The position numbers and the translations under genes were made by a program. 58,392 bases of DNA from a virus (lineage: Duplodnaviria > Caudoviricetes): positions 1-58,392 of the IMG/VR virus record IMGVR_UViG_3300020045_012203. One strand, given 5' to 3'. The notes under the pieces are model-generated. The model ran no database searches. It had not been told where the DNA came from and worked only from the letters and a program-made list of their open reading frames with translations. Positions 26,899 through 36,876 of this stretch are shown here, one piece after another (position 1 is the stretch's first letter; every line of letters begins with the position of its first letter).

Positions 26899-27141
26899 AT
26901 GAAACCAATACTTTTAAAAATAGCATATCGGTATCGTGGACTTGATTATTTAGTTGCTGATTCTGCAGGAAATCTATATTTAGTGCCTCATTTCCATTAT
27001 CGAAGAACTGTTTATTTTAAAAAGTTAGAACCGTTTGAGAATGGTAATAAAAAAGCGATCAACTATCACAAATCGAACGTTTCTTTCAAACAGTTAAGAG
27101 AAAGAAAAATACCAGTTGATGAAACAATTGAAGTTTATTGA
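26899..27141 (+). CDS. Hypothetical basic protein
   Basis: ORF ending before the bidirectional terminator. Confidence 0.55.
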   Translation: MKPILLKIAYRYRGLDYLVADSAGNLYLVPHFHYRRTVYFKKLEPFENGNKKAINYHKSNVSFKQLRERKIPVDETIEVY

Positions 27142-27169
27142 ATAGTTCGACTTTTGGAGTATCCGAACC

Positions 27170-27210
27170 AAAAAAAAAGGCCATCATGATTGCTCATGAT
27201 GGCCTTTTTA
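27170..27210. terminator. Bidirectional terminator between convergent operons
   Basis: A-run, GGCCATCATGA-TTGC-TCATGATGGCC, T-run. Confidence 0.8.
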
Positions 27211-27233
27211 ATTCAATGCTTTATTTTAGTTTA

Positions 27234-27437
27234 TTATTCAGGTAGTTTTCTCGGACCTTCGACAATACAAATATCAAGTTCTTTAAAAATCAGTTCCAGA
27301 CTTTTTGAATTTATTCCTGCTTTCCCTTTTTCAAAGTTTGATATTGCAGCCTGACGAATACCTGTTTTTTCGGATAGTATTTTTTGAGTAATGCCTTTTT
27401 TTACCCTTACGTTTTTTACAAATTCATGTAGATTCAT
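27234..27437 (-). CDS. XRE-family HTH regulator
   Basis: RVKKGITQKILSEKTGIRQAAISNFEKG. Confidence 0.85.
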   Translation of the reverse strand: MNLHEFVKNVRVKKGITQKILSEKTGIRQAAISNFEKGKAGINSKSLELIFKELDICIVEGPRKLPE

Positions 27438-27469
27438 TGTCTTATTTTTTGTGGTTATTTTTTACGGTT

Positions 27470-28972
27470 TTAAGCTCTCCTCATCTTTTCAGATTTAGTT
27501 TTTTCTGTGCCTTTTTGTTTATGATCTGTTTTTTGTGGAATCTGCCAACCTTTAATTTTAGAAACTGCCTGGTTAAATTGCATCCAAACCTTTTCGTCTA
27601 TAAATTCAAAGTGCATTGTGTTTTTTTTATAGCCTCTGACGCGAAAAAAATCATTCCATTGCACCCATTGTCCCCATTCAGTTTTATTGTAGCTGAAAAA
27701 CGAATACAGACTGTTATGTGTGAAATTTTCACTTCCGTATTGGTCTATGTGCTTTAGACTATTTACATCTTCAAATTTTTTACCAGTCAAAAAGCAAAGA
27801 GCCTTGATAATATCATCTAGCCGGTTATTGCTATGTCCACACCTGATTTTGACATTATCAGCTGGCCATCGTTTATCCCATTCGCAAACATAGGAGTCTA
27901 TAAACCTTAAATTTACTTTGTAATTGCTGTTTGTTTTCCATTTTTCCCCGGCCTCTGAATTGTCGTGCGATAAACTGCAAATATGATCGAAAGCCTCGAC
28001 CAGTACTTTATCCATTATTCCGGCGTGAGTTCCTACAATCATTTCGAGCATTAAGTAGATGTTTTTTACGGTAAATGGTACGTTTTGCTGCTGTTCAACG
28101 AATTTATTTATGTCTGCCATTACTCCGCTGGTTACATACTTATTCATGTTCATTTCAGCGAAAATCGACCTCCATGCAGACTTTTGTAGTTCCTTTTTAA
28201 AAATATCCCTGTCAAGTTTTGAATAGTGTTTATTTGAGTCCGTCCAATGTGCGCCAAATCCGATCCCCAGGTAGGAATTTATGGGACCAATCAAAGCATT
28301 TATTTTTTGTGATATGGGTTGTATCTCATCCCATAATTTAACCGATCCAACGTAACGCGAAACAATATCCTGAACCTTTGAATAGGTCATAATTCCGTTT
28401 TGTTGCCGGTCCATGTCTTCTGTCAAATCAAAATACCCATCAAACTCATCATTTTCAGTTGTTTTTGGCTTGGTCAATTTTACTAAGCCTATGCAGACTT
28501 TTGTTTTCCGTTCTGAGTCAGAAAAAATAGAGCCTAGTTTTTTATATGAACCTTCATTTTTTATGAGTTCATTCAGTTTTTTACGGCTTTTTGTGTAATC
28601 GTTTTTTATCGTTTCGCCGTTGCAAAGTGAAATTATTTGGCATCCTTCCGGCGCAATGTCCCAGGCATGAATAATGTGTTTTTCATCTGCTGAAAATGGC
28701 GGGTTCATTATGATGTAGTCAATATGACTAATCTCATCCGGTTGAACTTCCAGAAAATCAGATTTTAGGAATTGACATTTTTCTGAAACTATTTTAGCCA
28801 AATCTTCATTTAATTCACAGCATAAAACATTGGCTCCGTATAATTGCAGATAGTCAACAATTTTTCCAGATCCTGCTGAAGGTTCCAGGATTCTTTTTCC
28901 GGATAGGTTTATGCCTTCGCACATTAATTCGATTGCTTTTTTCGGTGAGGGGTAGAAATCAGGGGAAAACAT
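27470..28972 (-). CDS. DUF4942-type protein with N-terminal amino (N6A) methyltransferase domain
   Basis: DFYPSP, ILEPSAGSG and IIMNPPF; C-terminal FFRVRGYKKNTMHFEF. Confidence 0.85.
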   Translation of the reverse strand: MFSPDFYPSPKKAIELMCEGINLSGKRILEPSAGSGKIVDYLQLYGANVLCCELNEDLAKIVSEKCQFLKSDFLEVQPDEISHIDYIIMNPPFSADEKHIIHAWDIAPEGCQIISLCNGETIKNDYTKSRKKLNELIKNEGSYKKLGSIFSDSERKTKVCIGLVKLTKPKTTENDEFDGYFDLTEDMDRQQNGIMTYSKVQDIVSRYVGSVKLWDEIQPISQKINALIGPINSYLGIGFGAHWTDSNKHYSKLDRDIFKKELQKSAWRSIFAEMNMNKYVTSGVMADINKFVEQQQNVPFTVKNIYLMLEMIVGTHAGIMDKVLVEAFDHICSLSHDNSEAGEKWKTNSNYKVNLRFIDSYVCEWDKRWPADNVKIRCGHSNNRLDDIIKALCFLTGKKFEDVNSLKHIDQYGSENFTHNSLYSFFSYNKTEWGQWVQWNDFFRVRGYKKNTMHFEFIDEKVWMQFNQAVSKIKGWQIPQKTDHKQKGTEKTKSEKMRRA

Positions 28973-29019
28973 AGATTATTATTTTTTAGTGAAGGATTTA
29001 TTTTTTTTTGTGGAGTAGT

Positions 29020-29184
29020 TTAATTACTGCCAACTAAATGCCATCCACCTTCAGAAAATTCACTTTTTAGCGTATATCCTAAATGTTTGGCTTTTTCTAT
29101 TGCTGCTTTTTTGTTTTTTACTACAACGGTTAATCTGATTAATTCTCCGTTTACATTTTCTGCCATTGCTCTAAAAGTTTTCAT
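29020..29184 (-). CDS. Small hypothetical protein (54 aa)
   Basis: MKTFRAMAENVNGELIRL...; co-oriented with neighbours. Confidence 0.45.
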   Translation of the reverse strand: MKTFRAMAENVNGELIRLTVVVKNKKAAIEKAKHLGYTLKSEFSEGGWHLVGSN

Positions 29185-29369
29185 TTCATTTGTTTTTTTG
29201 TGGATTAATACCCGAATATTTTTTTCAGTAGTTCAGAATCGCTTAAAAACCTGCGTAAATGTCCAGTTGATTTGAATTTTGAATTGGGAACGTCAAGTTT
29301 TTTTATGCCTGACTCTTCAGTGATTGCGATATAACCGTATTTAGTATTCATTTTTTATAGATTGGTTTT

Positions 29370-30242
29370 TTAAACTGCTATTTTACACTTGATAAATTCA
29401 GGAAGGTTAACACAGTCCCGGTAAGGAGTAAAAATTACTTCCGGCTCAACTTCATAAGGAATGTTAACACCTTCGATTTTTTGCGGATTGGTTATGTACT
29501 TCCAGCAAAGTTTAATCAAATAGTTGTTATTTGCCTTGCTATATGCCTTTAAAACCCTGTTTTTATAAGCTTCTTTGTGTTCTTCTGAGATACCAACGCC
29601 GTTAAACTCATTTCTTAAACGCTCAATATATTTTTGATCATTTATCGAGCGGGTTTTATCAAAAGCGTTTCTTTTTTCGACTACTTTATTTTTCGGACAT
29701 TCTACAAAATTAGCCTTGATTTTTGGCAGTAAATCAACGGCCTGACAAACTGATAGTTCAAACTGAAAATCTCCGTAAAATAAACTTGAATTTTCACGCT
29801 CTTCGGTATTGTAATAAATGAAGTCATACGTTGCGTTTCTGACTTGTAAATCTGTTTTCGCTTGCTTCATTTCGATGAACGCGGCCAGCGTGTCGCCTGG
29901 TTCCGTTTCAATATCATGAATAGTTGTATCAATCCATTTTTTCAGGTCATTCATGGCAGCCGTGCGGATTTCTTTTGTACTCATCCTTTTTTCTCCGTGT
30001 TCAGTGTGTCTCGGCTTTTTGGCCGTTGATCTATCCTGATTTTTTACAATCGGCTGTTTTTTCTGTTCCGGCTCCTGTTCTATTGTTTTTTCGGGTTCTG
30101 AAACGTTGTTTTTTACGGTTATTTTAGCCTGAAGCAAGCAGACTAACAAAAGGATTGAAAGAGAAATAAACGGTGCCAAATCGCTTAAAATAGCGTTGTG
30201 ATTTATCGCGTGTGTTTGGATGAAATAGAATATTGAGTTCAT
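29370..30242 (-). CDS. Hypothetical protein with N-terminal TM anchor
   Basis: Long ORF with one hydrophobic segment. Confidence 0.65.
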   Translation of the reverse strand: MNSIFYFIQTHAINHNAILSDLAPFISLSILLLVCLLQAKITVKNNVSEPEKTIEQEPEQKKQPIVKNQDRSTAKKPRHTEHGEKRMSTKEIRTAAMNDLKKWIDTTIHDIETEPGDTLAAFIEMKQAKTDLQVRNATYDFIYYNTEERENSSLFYGDFQFELSVCQAVDLLPKIKANFVECPKNKVVEKRNAFDKTRSINDQKYIERLRNEFNGVGISEEHKEAYKNRVLKAYSKANNNYLIKLCWKYITNPQKIEGVNIPYEVEPEVIFTPYRDCVNLPEFIKCKIAV

Positions 30243-30270
30243 TGTGAAGGATTTTAAGGTTGAGAATTAT

Positions 30271-30477
30271 TTACAATTCGTGTTTTTTACAGTTCAGGAT
30301 ACCTAAAAGAAAAATGTTCATTTCGTCATAGCTTAATTTTGGGCTTACTTCATTTTTGCCTTTTTTTAGGACAAACTTTTGTTTTTTGCGCTTGTCTTCG
30401 AAGTTGCAAACAACTGCATCTAGGTTATAATTATTTGCAAAATTCTGAAGTGCCTGTAATTGTAGATTTGTATTCAT
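30271..30477 (-). CDS. Hypothetical protein
   Basis: Co-oriented ORF. Confidence 0.6.
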   Translation of the reverse strand: MNTNLQLQALQNFANNYNLDAVVCNFEDKRKKQKFVLKKGKNEVSPKLSYDEMNIFLLGILNCKKHEL

Positions 30478-30551
30478 TTTTCGGGTTTTTTATGGGTAAA
30501 ATGTTGTTTTTTTATGGGTGCAACCTGTTACGATTACACCCGGTTTGAGAT

Positions 30552-30713
30552 TTACCAATTACGTCCGTTTTTTACTTCTTTTAGCTCATTTTTGGCATGA
30601 TCAATATATTCTTTTGATCTTTCTTTGTCTATGTATTCACTATCCAAAGGCCACATTTTTTTTACTGTTTTAAGCCTTTTTTTATAGTAGGCTATTAATT
30701 TATTCCGTTCCAT
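30552..30713 (-). CDS. Small hypothetical protein (53 aa)
   Basis: MERNKLIAYYKKRL...; starts 3 nt after the upstream stop. Confidence 0.45.
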   Translation of the reverse strand: MERNKLIAYYKKRLKTVKKMWPLDSEYIDKERSKEYIDHAKNELKEVKNGRNW

Positions 30714-30716
30714 TTT

Positions 30717-32012
30717 TTAAGCTAGATTAAGTGTAAAACTCAATGCTGATTCCTCATTTTTGAATTGGAAGCCTGGAACAGCTCCGTTTTTATTGAATGC
30801 TGAATACCAGCCGCCAAAACTTTTTGCAGCGTTCAAAAGATCGTTAAAGGCATCTTTAGAAACACGGTTGACCAATGTAACAACCCATAAATCGAAACCT
30901 TTTAAAGTGTGTTTTGTTTTGATTATTTCAAAAACATCGTTTTTTGCGGGTTCCGGATCTTCAAAAATTGTATCCCAGTCGATCAATTCAGGTTCTGTTT
31001 TCTTTTCTTCTTTAACCGGAAGCTCGCAAGTAACAAAACGACAAAAAATGTATTTGTTTTGCTGCAAAATATGACCGTCGATAATAATCGATTCTTTTTC
31101 GTGATACTCATAAATATCTTCCATTCCGTTGAAATGTCCGTACTGAAAAGAATCTATAAAACTTTCAAGCTCTTTTATTTCTTCAGGAGCATAATAAACA
31201 ACGTCCATAGAATTGCCACCGGAAAAAGAGTCGGTAGAAACTTCGATTTTTGCAATTTTCCACGTTTTTAAACAATGTGCTTTAATTATCGCGGTCGTTT
31301 TTCTCCGGTCGGCCTGGATGAATTGAGAAAGATATTTTTGTCTTTCGGCGGCGGCTCTGGCTGACTCTTCAGAAGCTATTTTTTGTAAATAATCTTTTGT
31401 TTTTTTCACTTCCTGGGCATCGATCAACATTTCAGCAAGCTTATTTTCATCTATGCCAAAACCAGCCATATTAAAACCTTTTTCGAAATACATCCCGATT
31501 GTCTGACCTTTGCGTTTTTTATAATCGCTTACGTGGTCCTTAACCTGAAGTTCAAGCGTATCTTTTTCGATGCAATGGTAATTTTTTCCCCACCGGTCAG
31601 AATCAATTTTATAGATGATCCAATTATTTTCGAAATATCCTTTATCTTTTCCGTATCCACCTAAAAAAATAACGTCGCCAACTTCGGGAACATCCACAAC
31701 AAAAACGGCCTCCGGTAATTCTGATACTTTCAAATCAAACGCGGCCAATGCTTCGAAATGTGCGTTTTTTACAATATTTTCAGTGCATCTAACTTTTCCG
31801 TGGTCTATGCTCATGAAGTTTTCACCCATCTGAGAAATATAACAACCTCCGTCTGAATCAATGCTGCTTTTTTGCACTATTGAAACAAGGTGCCCGGAAT
31901 ATCTTTTCATTGTAGTAATTTCAAAAGTCTGGCCTTTTTCGGTTCTGACTGTCCGGCCTTCGATTCCGTTGAATGATTTAAAAATTTTGGTTGGCATTTC
32001 TGAAATTTTCAT
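30717..32012 (-). CDS. Multidomain protein with an LPD29-like (large polyvalent protein) domain
   Basis: KIEVSTDSFSGGNSMDV...FQYGHFNGMEDIYEY; C-terminal AKSFGGWYS..PGFQF. Confidence 0.65.
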   Translation of the reverse strand: MKISEMPTKIFKSFNGIEGRTVRTEKGQTFEITTMKRYSGHLVSIVQKSSIDSDGGCYISQMGENFMSIDHGKVRCTENIVKNAHFEALAAFDLKVSELPEAVFVVDVPEVGDVIFLGGYGKDKGYFENNWIIYKIDSDRWGKNYHCIEKDTLELQVKDHVSDYKKRKGQTIGMYFEKGFNMAGFGIDENKLAEMLIDAQEVKKTKDYLQKIASEESARAAAERQKYLSQFIQADRRKTTAIIKAHCLKTWKIAKIEVSTDSFSGGNSMDVVYYAPEEIKELESFIDSFQYGHFNGMEDIYEYHEKESIIIDGHILQQNKYIFCRFVTCELPVKEEKKTEPELIDWDTIFEDPEPAKNDVFEIIKTKHTLKGFDLWVVTLVNRVSKDAFNDLLNAAKSFGGWYSAFNKNGAVPGFQFKNEESALSFTLNLA

Positions 32013-32100
32013 AACTTTGTGGTGTTAAAATGTTTTGTAGATGTTTTAATATTTTTGATCCGGTACAGTGTGAAGGCTGTACCGGATTTTTTTATGGGTT

Positions 32101-32355
32101 TTAATCTTCTACGGTAATAAAGAATCCTTTCAGTTTTTTTGTGTTCTGTCTTGAATCGTAAAACCGTCTAATTTCAATCGGTTCTTTCGTTTCAGTTATT
32201 TTATAGATAGCCGGACAATAACCGCACGGAACGCCAGGAAGTTCACTAATAACCTTCATTGCTTCAGTTTGATCGATTTTGTTTTTTACCGTTACTTTTT
32301 TATAACCAATAAAATTTGTTTTTTCATCGAATTTAGGCACTAAAATAGTTTTCAT
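32101..32355 (-). CDS. Hypothetical protein
   Basis: Co-oriented ORF. Confidence 0.6.
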   Translation of the reverse strand: MKTILVPKFDEKTNFIGYKKVTVKNKIDQTEAMKVISELPGVPCGYCPAIYKITETKEPIEIRRFYDSRQNTKKLKGFFITVED

Positions 32356-32373
32356 AATATCGGTTTTTGTGGG

Positions 32374-32568
32374 TTATTTTGCAGCTTCGTAAACTTCAGG
32401 AGCAGAAGAAACATTGTAGATGTAAGATCCACAACGGACCAAAAGAGCGTCATTTCCGTAGTACTGTTTTTTCATTCCTGAAACACTTCCGTTTTTTGCG
32501 AAGTTTGGAAACTCTGATAAATTATATTTATCGTGTTCGCTTGCTGGTAAATTTTTTACTCGTGCCAT
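32374..32568 (-). CDS. Hypothetical phage protein
   Basis: FPNFAKNGSVSGMKKQYYG..ALLVRCGSYIYNV. Confidence 0.65.
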   Translation of the reverse strand: MARVKNLPASEHDKYNLSEFPNFAKNGSVSGMKKQYYGNDALLVRCGSYIYNVSSAPEVYEAAK

Positions 32569-32589
32569 GATGTATCTTTTTTTTGTGGG

Positions 32590-32979
32590 TTAAATAAATT
32601 TGTCAAGTTCTTTTTCAAGCTTTTCGCGGTCTGTATCTGGATATTTCGCCAGTACTTCGCGCAACGCCTTGCAATAATTTGCATCTGGATATGTGTCCAT
32701 GAGCTGTAAAACTTCCGAACATTCAGCCGATTTGTAAAGGGTTAGACTGCTTTCTTGCTGTGGCATCCAAAAGCAATCCAAATCAAGATAAATAAACCGT
32801 CCGTAAAAGTCTTCAGGTGCAAAGCCTAAAATTTCATGCCCTTCGAATACAACGCCGAATGTATTTGTATAGGTTACTTTATCCCCTACCTTTAGCCACG
32901 TTCTGTCCGTTGTTGATTCTACTTTGTGAGTTTTGGCCCACTGCTCAAACTCTTCTTTGTGCTGTATAAAATAGCTCAT
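32590..32979 (-). CDS. Hypothetical protein
   Basis: KVGDKVTYTNTFGVVF...ILGF..IYLDLDCFW. Confidence 0.65.
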   Translation of the reverse strand: MSYFIQHKEEFEQWAKTHKVESTTDRTWLKVGDKVTYTNTFGVVFEGHEILGFAPEDFYGRFIYLDLDCFWMPQQESSLTLYKSAECSEVLQLMDTYPDANYCKALREVLAKYPDTDREKLEKELDKFI

Positions 32980-33200
32980 TTGTTCAGTTTTTTAGGGTTA
33001 AAAAATCCAAATCATAATCTGATTGATCAAATCAGCCCCGGCCAAAACTAATACGGCAACGGTAAACAGTCCGAAAATATAAATCAAAGCTTTGCCTAAA
33101 TCTCCGGCGGTTGGTTCCTGGTGTTTGGTAGATGTTTTCATTTGTAGATGTTTTTTGTGAAGGGTTTAAAATGTGAAGGATTAATTTTTGCCGTTTGGCC

Positions 33201-33246
33201 TTGTCCTTTGCCGGTATCGGAACCGGTTATCATTCGCTGCAAAGGA
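33201..33246 (-). ncRNA. tRNA-like minihelix (minus strand)
   Basis: CCTTTG/CAAAGG; CCGG-TTCCGATA-CCGG; 3' ACAA. Confidence 0.3.
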
Positions 33247-33254
33247 TTGATTTT

Positions 33255-33599
33255 TTAAAGTGTGTAAATATCTAAACCTATTTTTAGTTCAGTTATTCCG
33301 GTTTTTTCATGGGTACCGCAATAAGTTGTACAGTTTGCAAGTTTGCCATCAGAATAAAAAAGATATTCATTTGCCTCAATACTTTCAATTATTGGCTCAT
33401 CGTTATTTAAAACATGATCATATTCAGAATCAAAAGATTTTTTAAGGTTTTCTGGTGTGTCATATTCAGAATCACCACTAATAAAATCGGATACTTGCAT
33501 AGTCGATAATAAAAAATCTCTATGCTCAAAAATTGCGTTTTCTTTTGCTTTTTCATTCAATTCGCTGAACTCATAAAGATTAATTGTTGCTTTTTTCAT
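33255..33599 (-). CDS. Hypothetical acidic early protein
   Basis: LYEFSELNEKAKENAI...IEANEYLFYSDG pattern, common in phage/plasmid early regions. Confidence 0.65.
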   Translation of the reverse strand: MKKATINLYEFSELNEKAKENAIFEHRDFLLSTMQVSDFISGDSEYDTPENLKKSFDSEYDHVLNNDEPIIESIEANEYLFYSDGKLANCTTYCGTHEKTGITELKIGLDIYTL

Positions 33600-33617
33600 T
33601 TTATCAAGTTTTAAAGG

Positions 33618-33806
33618 TTAAACGTTTTTTAAAGTATATTCTAATTTGCTTATGTTTTCAGATAACTGAACAGAAGTAAAACCGTTTATTTTTTTACCTG
33701 TTTTATCTGCTTTTAATTGCATCCTCTTTAACTGTTCAATATTTGCAGTTAATTGTACTTTCTTTTGTTCCGGTGTAAATTGATCGAAAAATGCAAAGTT
33801 TTTCAT
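33618..33806 (-). CDS. Hypothetical protein
   Basis: First ORF of the minus-strand operon. Confidence 0.6.
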   Translation of the reverse strand: MKNFAFFDQFTPEQKKVQLTANIEQLKRMQLKADKTGKKINGFTSVQLSENISKLEYTLKNV

Positions 33807-33830
33807 ATTGTTGAATTTAAAGGTTTATAA

Positions 33831-33895
33831 TGTACTGTTTTAAGGATTCGAACCTATGCAAATGATAAATCTAAATGCAAGCCAGATAAACAGTA
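33831..33895 (-). ncRNA. Degenerate tRNA-like structure (minus strand)
   Basis: TACTGTTT/AAACAGTA closing stem; AGG-TTCGAAT-CCT T loop. Confidence 0.35.
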
Positions 33896-34033
33896 TTTTT
33901 TCAGCTTTCTTATTTATATCCGGTTTAATCGTTCTGCATATCGTCGCAACTGTTAGCTAATGCAGTCAAATTCCCGGTTTCTAAGACTAAGACTTTCCCC
34001 AATAAGCAAAGAACTGAGCAGTATTTCGCTTAT

Positions 34034-34041
34034 CAAATATA
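34034..34041 (-). promoter_or_regulatory. Bacteroidota -7 box for the minus-strand operon
   Basis: TATATTTG on the minus strand at the head of the operon. Confidence 0.5.
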
Positions 34042-34155
34042 CTAAAAATAGTATTACATTGTTACTTTTAATGCAGTTATTTTTCATCTTTTTTCATTAT
34101 TTTCAGGCTTTGCACTACCTTTTATATTTTATTAATTACACTAAATTAGAACGAC

Positions 34156-34677
34156 ATGGCAGCACCTGAAGGGAATCAATTTTATAAAATAGCTCTTGCA
34201 AATGGTAATGCAGGAAGACCCGCTTTGTTTTCATCTCCTGAAATTGTAGCCCAAAAATGGAAGGAATACCAAACATTAATGGAATCAGAAGTAATTTATA
34301 AAACAGATTTCGTTAAGTCAGGACCAACGGCAGGCGAATTAGTATCAGTACCATGCAGAGTCCCTTATACAATAGAGGGTTTTTGTTTAAGTTGTGGCAT
34401 AACTGCAAGGCGTTTTAATCAGATAATTAGTGATGAAACATGCAAAGAATTACTTCCCATCTTATTACATGTGCAGGAATCTATCCGTAATGATCAAATA
34501 AAAGGCGGTCTAGTTGGAACCCTTAACCCTATGCTCGTAGCTCGAATAAATGGACTTAAGGAACAACAGGAAGTATCAGGAGAAATAAAGAACACAGTAA
34601 CCCAGATCAATTTTGTACAAAGAACAATAGAAGATACTACGTTTGTCGAAGTTCAGACCATGATAGAGGACTTATAG
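34156..34677 (+). CDS. Terminase small subunit (P22 gp3-like)
   Basis: MAAPEGNQF..GRP..F.SPE, PYTIEGFCL and G.LNPMLVAR.NGL. Confidence 0.85.
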   Translation: MAAPEGNQFYKIALANGNAGRPALFSSPEIVAQKWKEYQTLMESEVIYKTDFVKSGPTAGELVSVPCRVPYTIEGFCLSCGITARRFNQIISDETCKELLPILLHVQESIRNDQIKGGLVGTLNPMLVARINGLKEQQEVSGEIKNTVTQINFVQRTIEDTTFVEVQTMIEDL

Positions 34678-35128
34678 TCAGTTAATTATGTGATTTGTTA
34701 TCTTTTAAATCTATATTATTGTTAATATGTATTGAATAGCCTATTTGTAGCTCATTACAGATGGGCTGTATTTGTTTATACATACTATCAAGTTGAATAA
34801 GATAGTCCCCCAGGCATGATAAAAGTATTATAGAATTGAATATTGAATTAAGAATTAAGTATTTGATTCTGATTCTATTAAACACAATGTTAATTCTAAG
34901 ACAATGTAAAATAATCAGAAGTGTTAAATAGAATACACCCTACCGGTAGCCTTGCGTTTCGAAAGTTCGACTGTAAAGTGCCTGGTACTATTACCCAAAT
35001 GTGAAGTATTTATCCAAAACGTTTTTTTGATCTAATGCGATTATTGTTTAAAACTTTGTCTTAAAGTATGCTTGTGATTAATTAATATTTATTAAACTTG
35101 TGTACAATAAACTTTAATACAGTGCATT

Positions 35129-35701
35129 ATGGAAGAAATTTGGAAAGATGTAATTGGATACGAGGGATACTATAAGGTGTCTAATTTAGGCAATGTAACC
35201 TCTTTGGATAGAGTTATTAACTATGGGATGTATGATTGTAGTAGATTGTTTAAGGGAGCTTTAATTAAGAGTAGTGATAATGGGATAGGTTATCTTCAGG
35301 TAACATTATCAAAAAATGGCAGAAAGAACTATTTACTTCACCGATTAGTGGCACTACATTTCATCCCGAATACGGAGAATTTACCAGAAGTAAATCACAA
35401 GGATGGGAATAAATATAATTGTTCTTCAAGCAATCTTGAATGGTCGAGTCACAAATGTAATATGATTCATTCTGTTACTGAATTATGCAATTACTCAAAT
35501 CATCCGAATAAATTAAAGGTTGGATCGTTGAATTGGAACAGTAAGAAAGTTAATCAGTGTGATTTATCTGGCAATTTTATTAAGTCGTTTGGATCATCGA
35601 CAGAAGCGAGTCGAGAAACTGGAATAGATTTTAGTTCGATTCAAAAGGTATGTTTAAATAAACGTTCAAGTGCTGGAGGTTTTAAATGGGAGTATGCTTA
35701 G
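35129..35701 (+). CDS. NUMOD4-HNH-NUMOD1 homing endonuclease
   Basis: EIWKDVIGYEGYYKVSNLG; HRLVALHF..VNHKDGNKYN..NLEW; C-terminal F.S..EASR. Confidence 0.9.
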   Translation: MEEIWKDVIGYEGYYKVSNLGNVTSLDRVINYGMYDCSRLFKGALIKSSDNGIGYLQVTLSKNGRKNYLLHRLVALHFIPNTENLPEVNHKDGNKYNCSSSNLEWSSHKCNMIHSVTELCNYSNHPNKLKVGSLNWNSKKVNQCDLSGNFIKSFGSSTEASRETGIDFSSIQKVCLNKRSSAGGFKWEYA

Positions 35702-36082
35702 TCTGTGGTGGTGGGTGGTACCCTTTCGAAATGAAAGTTGAATTGTGAATGTGTGGTGTATATATTCGGAATGTGTGGTATTTGACCGAAATGAAATTTT
35801 ACCCAATGGCGAATTTAATTTATTTGATTCTGATTAAAATGTGGGTTGTTTTATTCTGTTCATGTGTGGCCTAAAAAGTTGTATAAGATAAAAGAATTGA
35901 TGCTGATTAATTTTTGTTTATTATAGGTTTAAATTCCTCATATAGAAAATATTAAGTGTAATGTGATTAGTTATAGTCGTGTTATGAGTTTTAATAGTAT
36001 AGTATTAAACCCCGTAACCACATAGTATTAGATTGTATAACTTGATTTAGGTTATATTTTAATATCAGTAAAAATATAGTTT

Positions 36083-36580
36083 ATGAATCAGGTAGAAGGG
36101 AATGAGCTTTATGCTGTTGATGCAAATGGTAAGTTGATTGGCAGTAATGTTGAGTTAAGGCATAGGAAGTTCAGGAGTGAAGAGCCGATGTATGTCAAGG
36201 CTTATTTGGATGATTTACGGCAGATATTGAGTGTTAACCGTGGGGATATTGCTGTTTTGATTGAGTTGATGAAATACATGAAATATGACAATGTTGTTGA
36301 TATTACTCCCAGGATAAGGCGGAAGGTTATTGATGGTATTGGTCATGGGAGTAATCAGACAATAAGTAATAGTATTTCGAGGTTAAAGAAAGTTTTTTTA
36401 ATACTTCCTATTGGTTGGTGTTCATATTTGATCGATCCTAAGTTATTTGCAAAAGGAGGCTGGTCAGATATACTCAAGATCAGTATGCAGATTACTTATA
36501 ACCGGGATGGCTCGAAGTATATAAAGACTGATTTTGAAAAGGAGAAAGTAAGTTCGGAAATTAAACCATTAAATGAATAA
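36083..36580 (+). CDS. RepL-like winged-helix protein
   Basis: EPMYVKAY...NSISRLKK...YLIDPKLFAKG. Confidence 0.6.
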   Translation: MNQVEGNELYAVDANGKLIGSNVELRHRKFRSEEPMYVKAYLDDLRQILSVNRGDIAVLIELMKYMKYDNVVDITPRIRRKVIDGIGHGSNQTISNSISRLKKVFLILPIGWCSYLIDPKLFAKGGWSDILKISMQITYNRDGSKYIKTDFEKEKVSSEIKPLNE

Positions 36581-36591
36581 ATTAACAAACC

Positions 36592-36870
36592 ATGAAACAA
36601 CTATTTAAATCCGTTATCCTCTGGCTAAATGCCATTAAAACAGCAAAAAATAATCAGGGCAAAACAGACCTTGAATTAAAGATTGAAGAAGCAGAACAGA
36701 AACACCGCGAAACAGGGAAACGCTACCATGTATTAACCGGGACAGACGATAAATTTGTTGTTGTAGATAATGCCATTCTAGCAACTTATAACCGTATGGC
36801 AAAGAAACGCGGTGTGGCTAAGATTGACATTGTTGATTTATTAAAGATGTCTCATTATTCAACTAAATGA
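36592..36870 (+). CDS. Hypothetical protein
   Basis: AEQKHRETGKRYHV; operon packing. Confidence 0.6.
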   Translation: MKQLFKSVILWLNAIKTAKNNQGKTDLELKIEEAEQKHRETGKRYHVLTGTDDKFVVVDNAILATYNRMAKKRGVAKIDIVDLLKMSHYSTK

Positions 36871-36876
36871 AAAAAT

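Noticed and set aside
34860-36060. dif-like XerCD site to go with the FtsK-domain gene
   Set aside because: Only weak AT-rich resemblances; no convincing TTATGTTAA arm with correct spacing.
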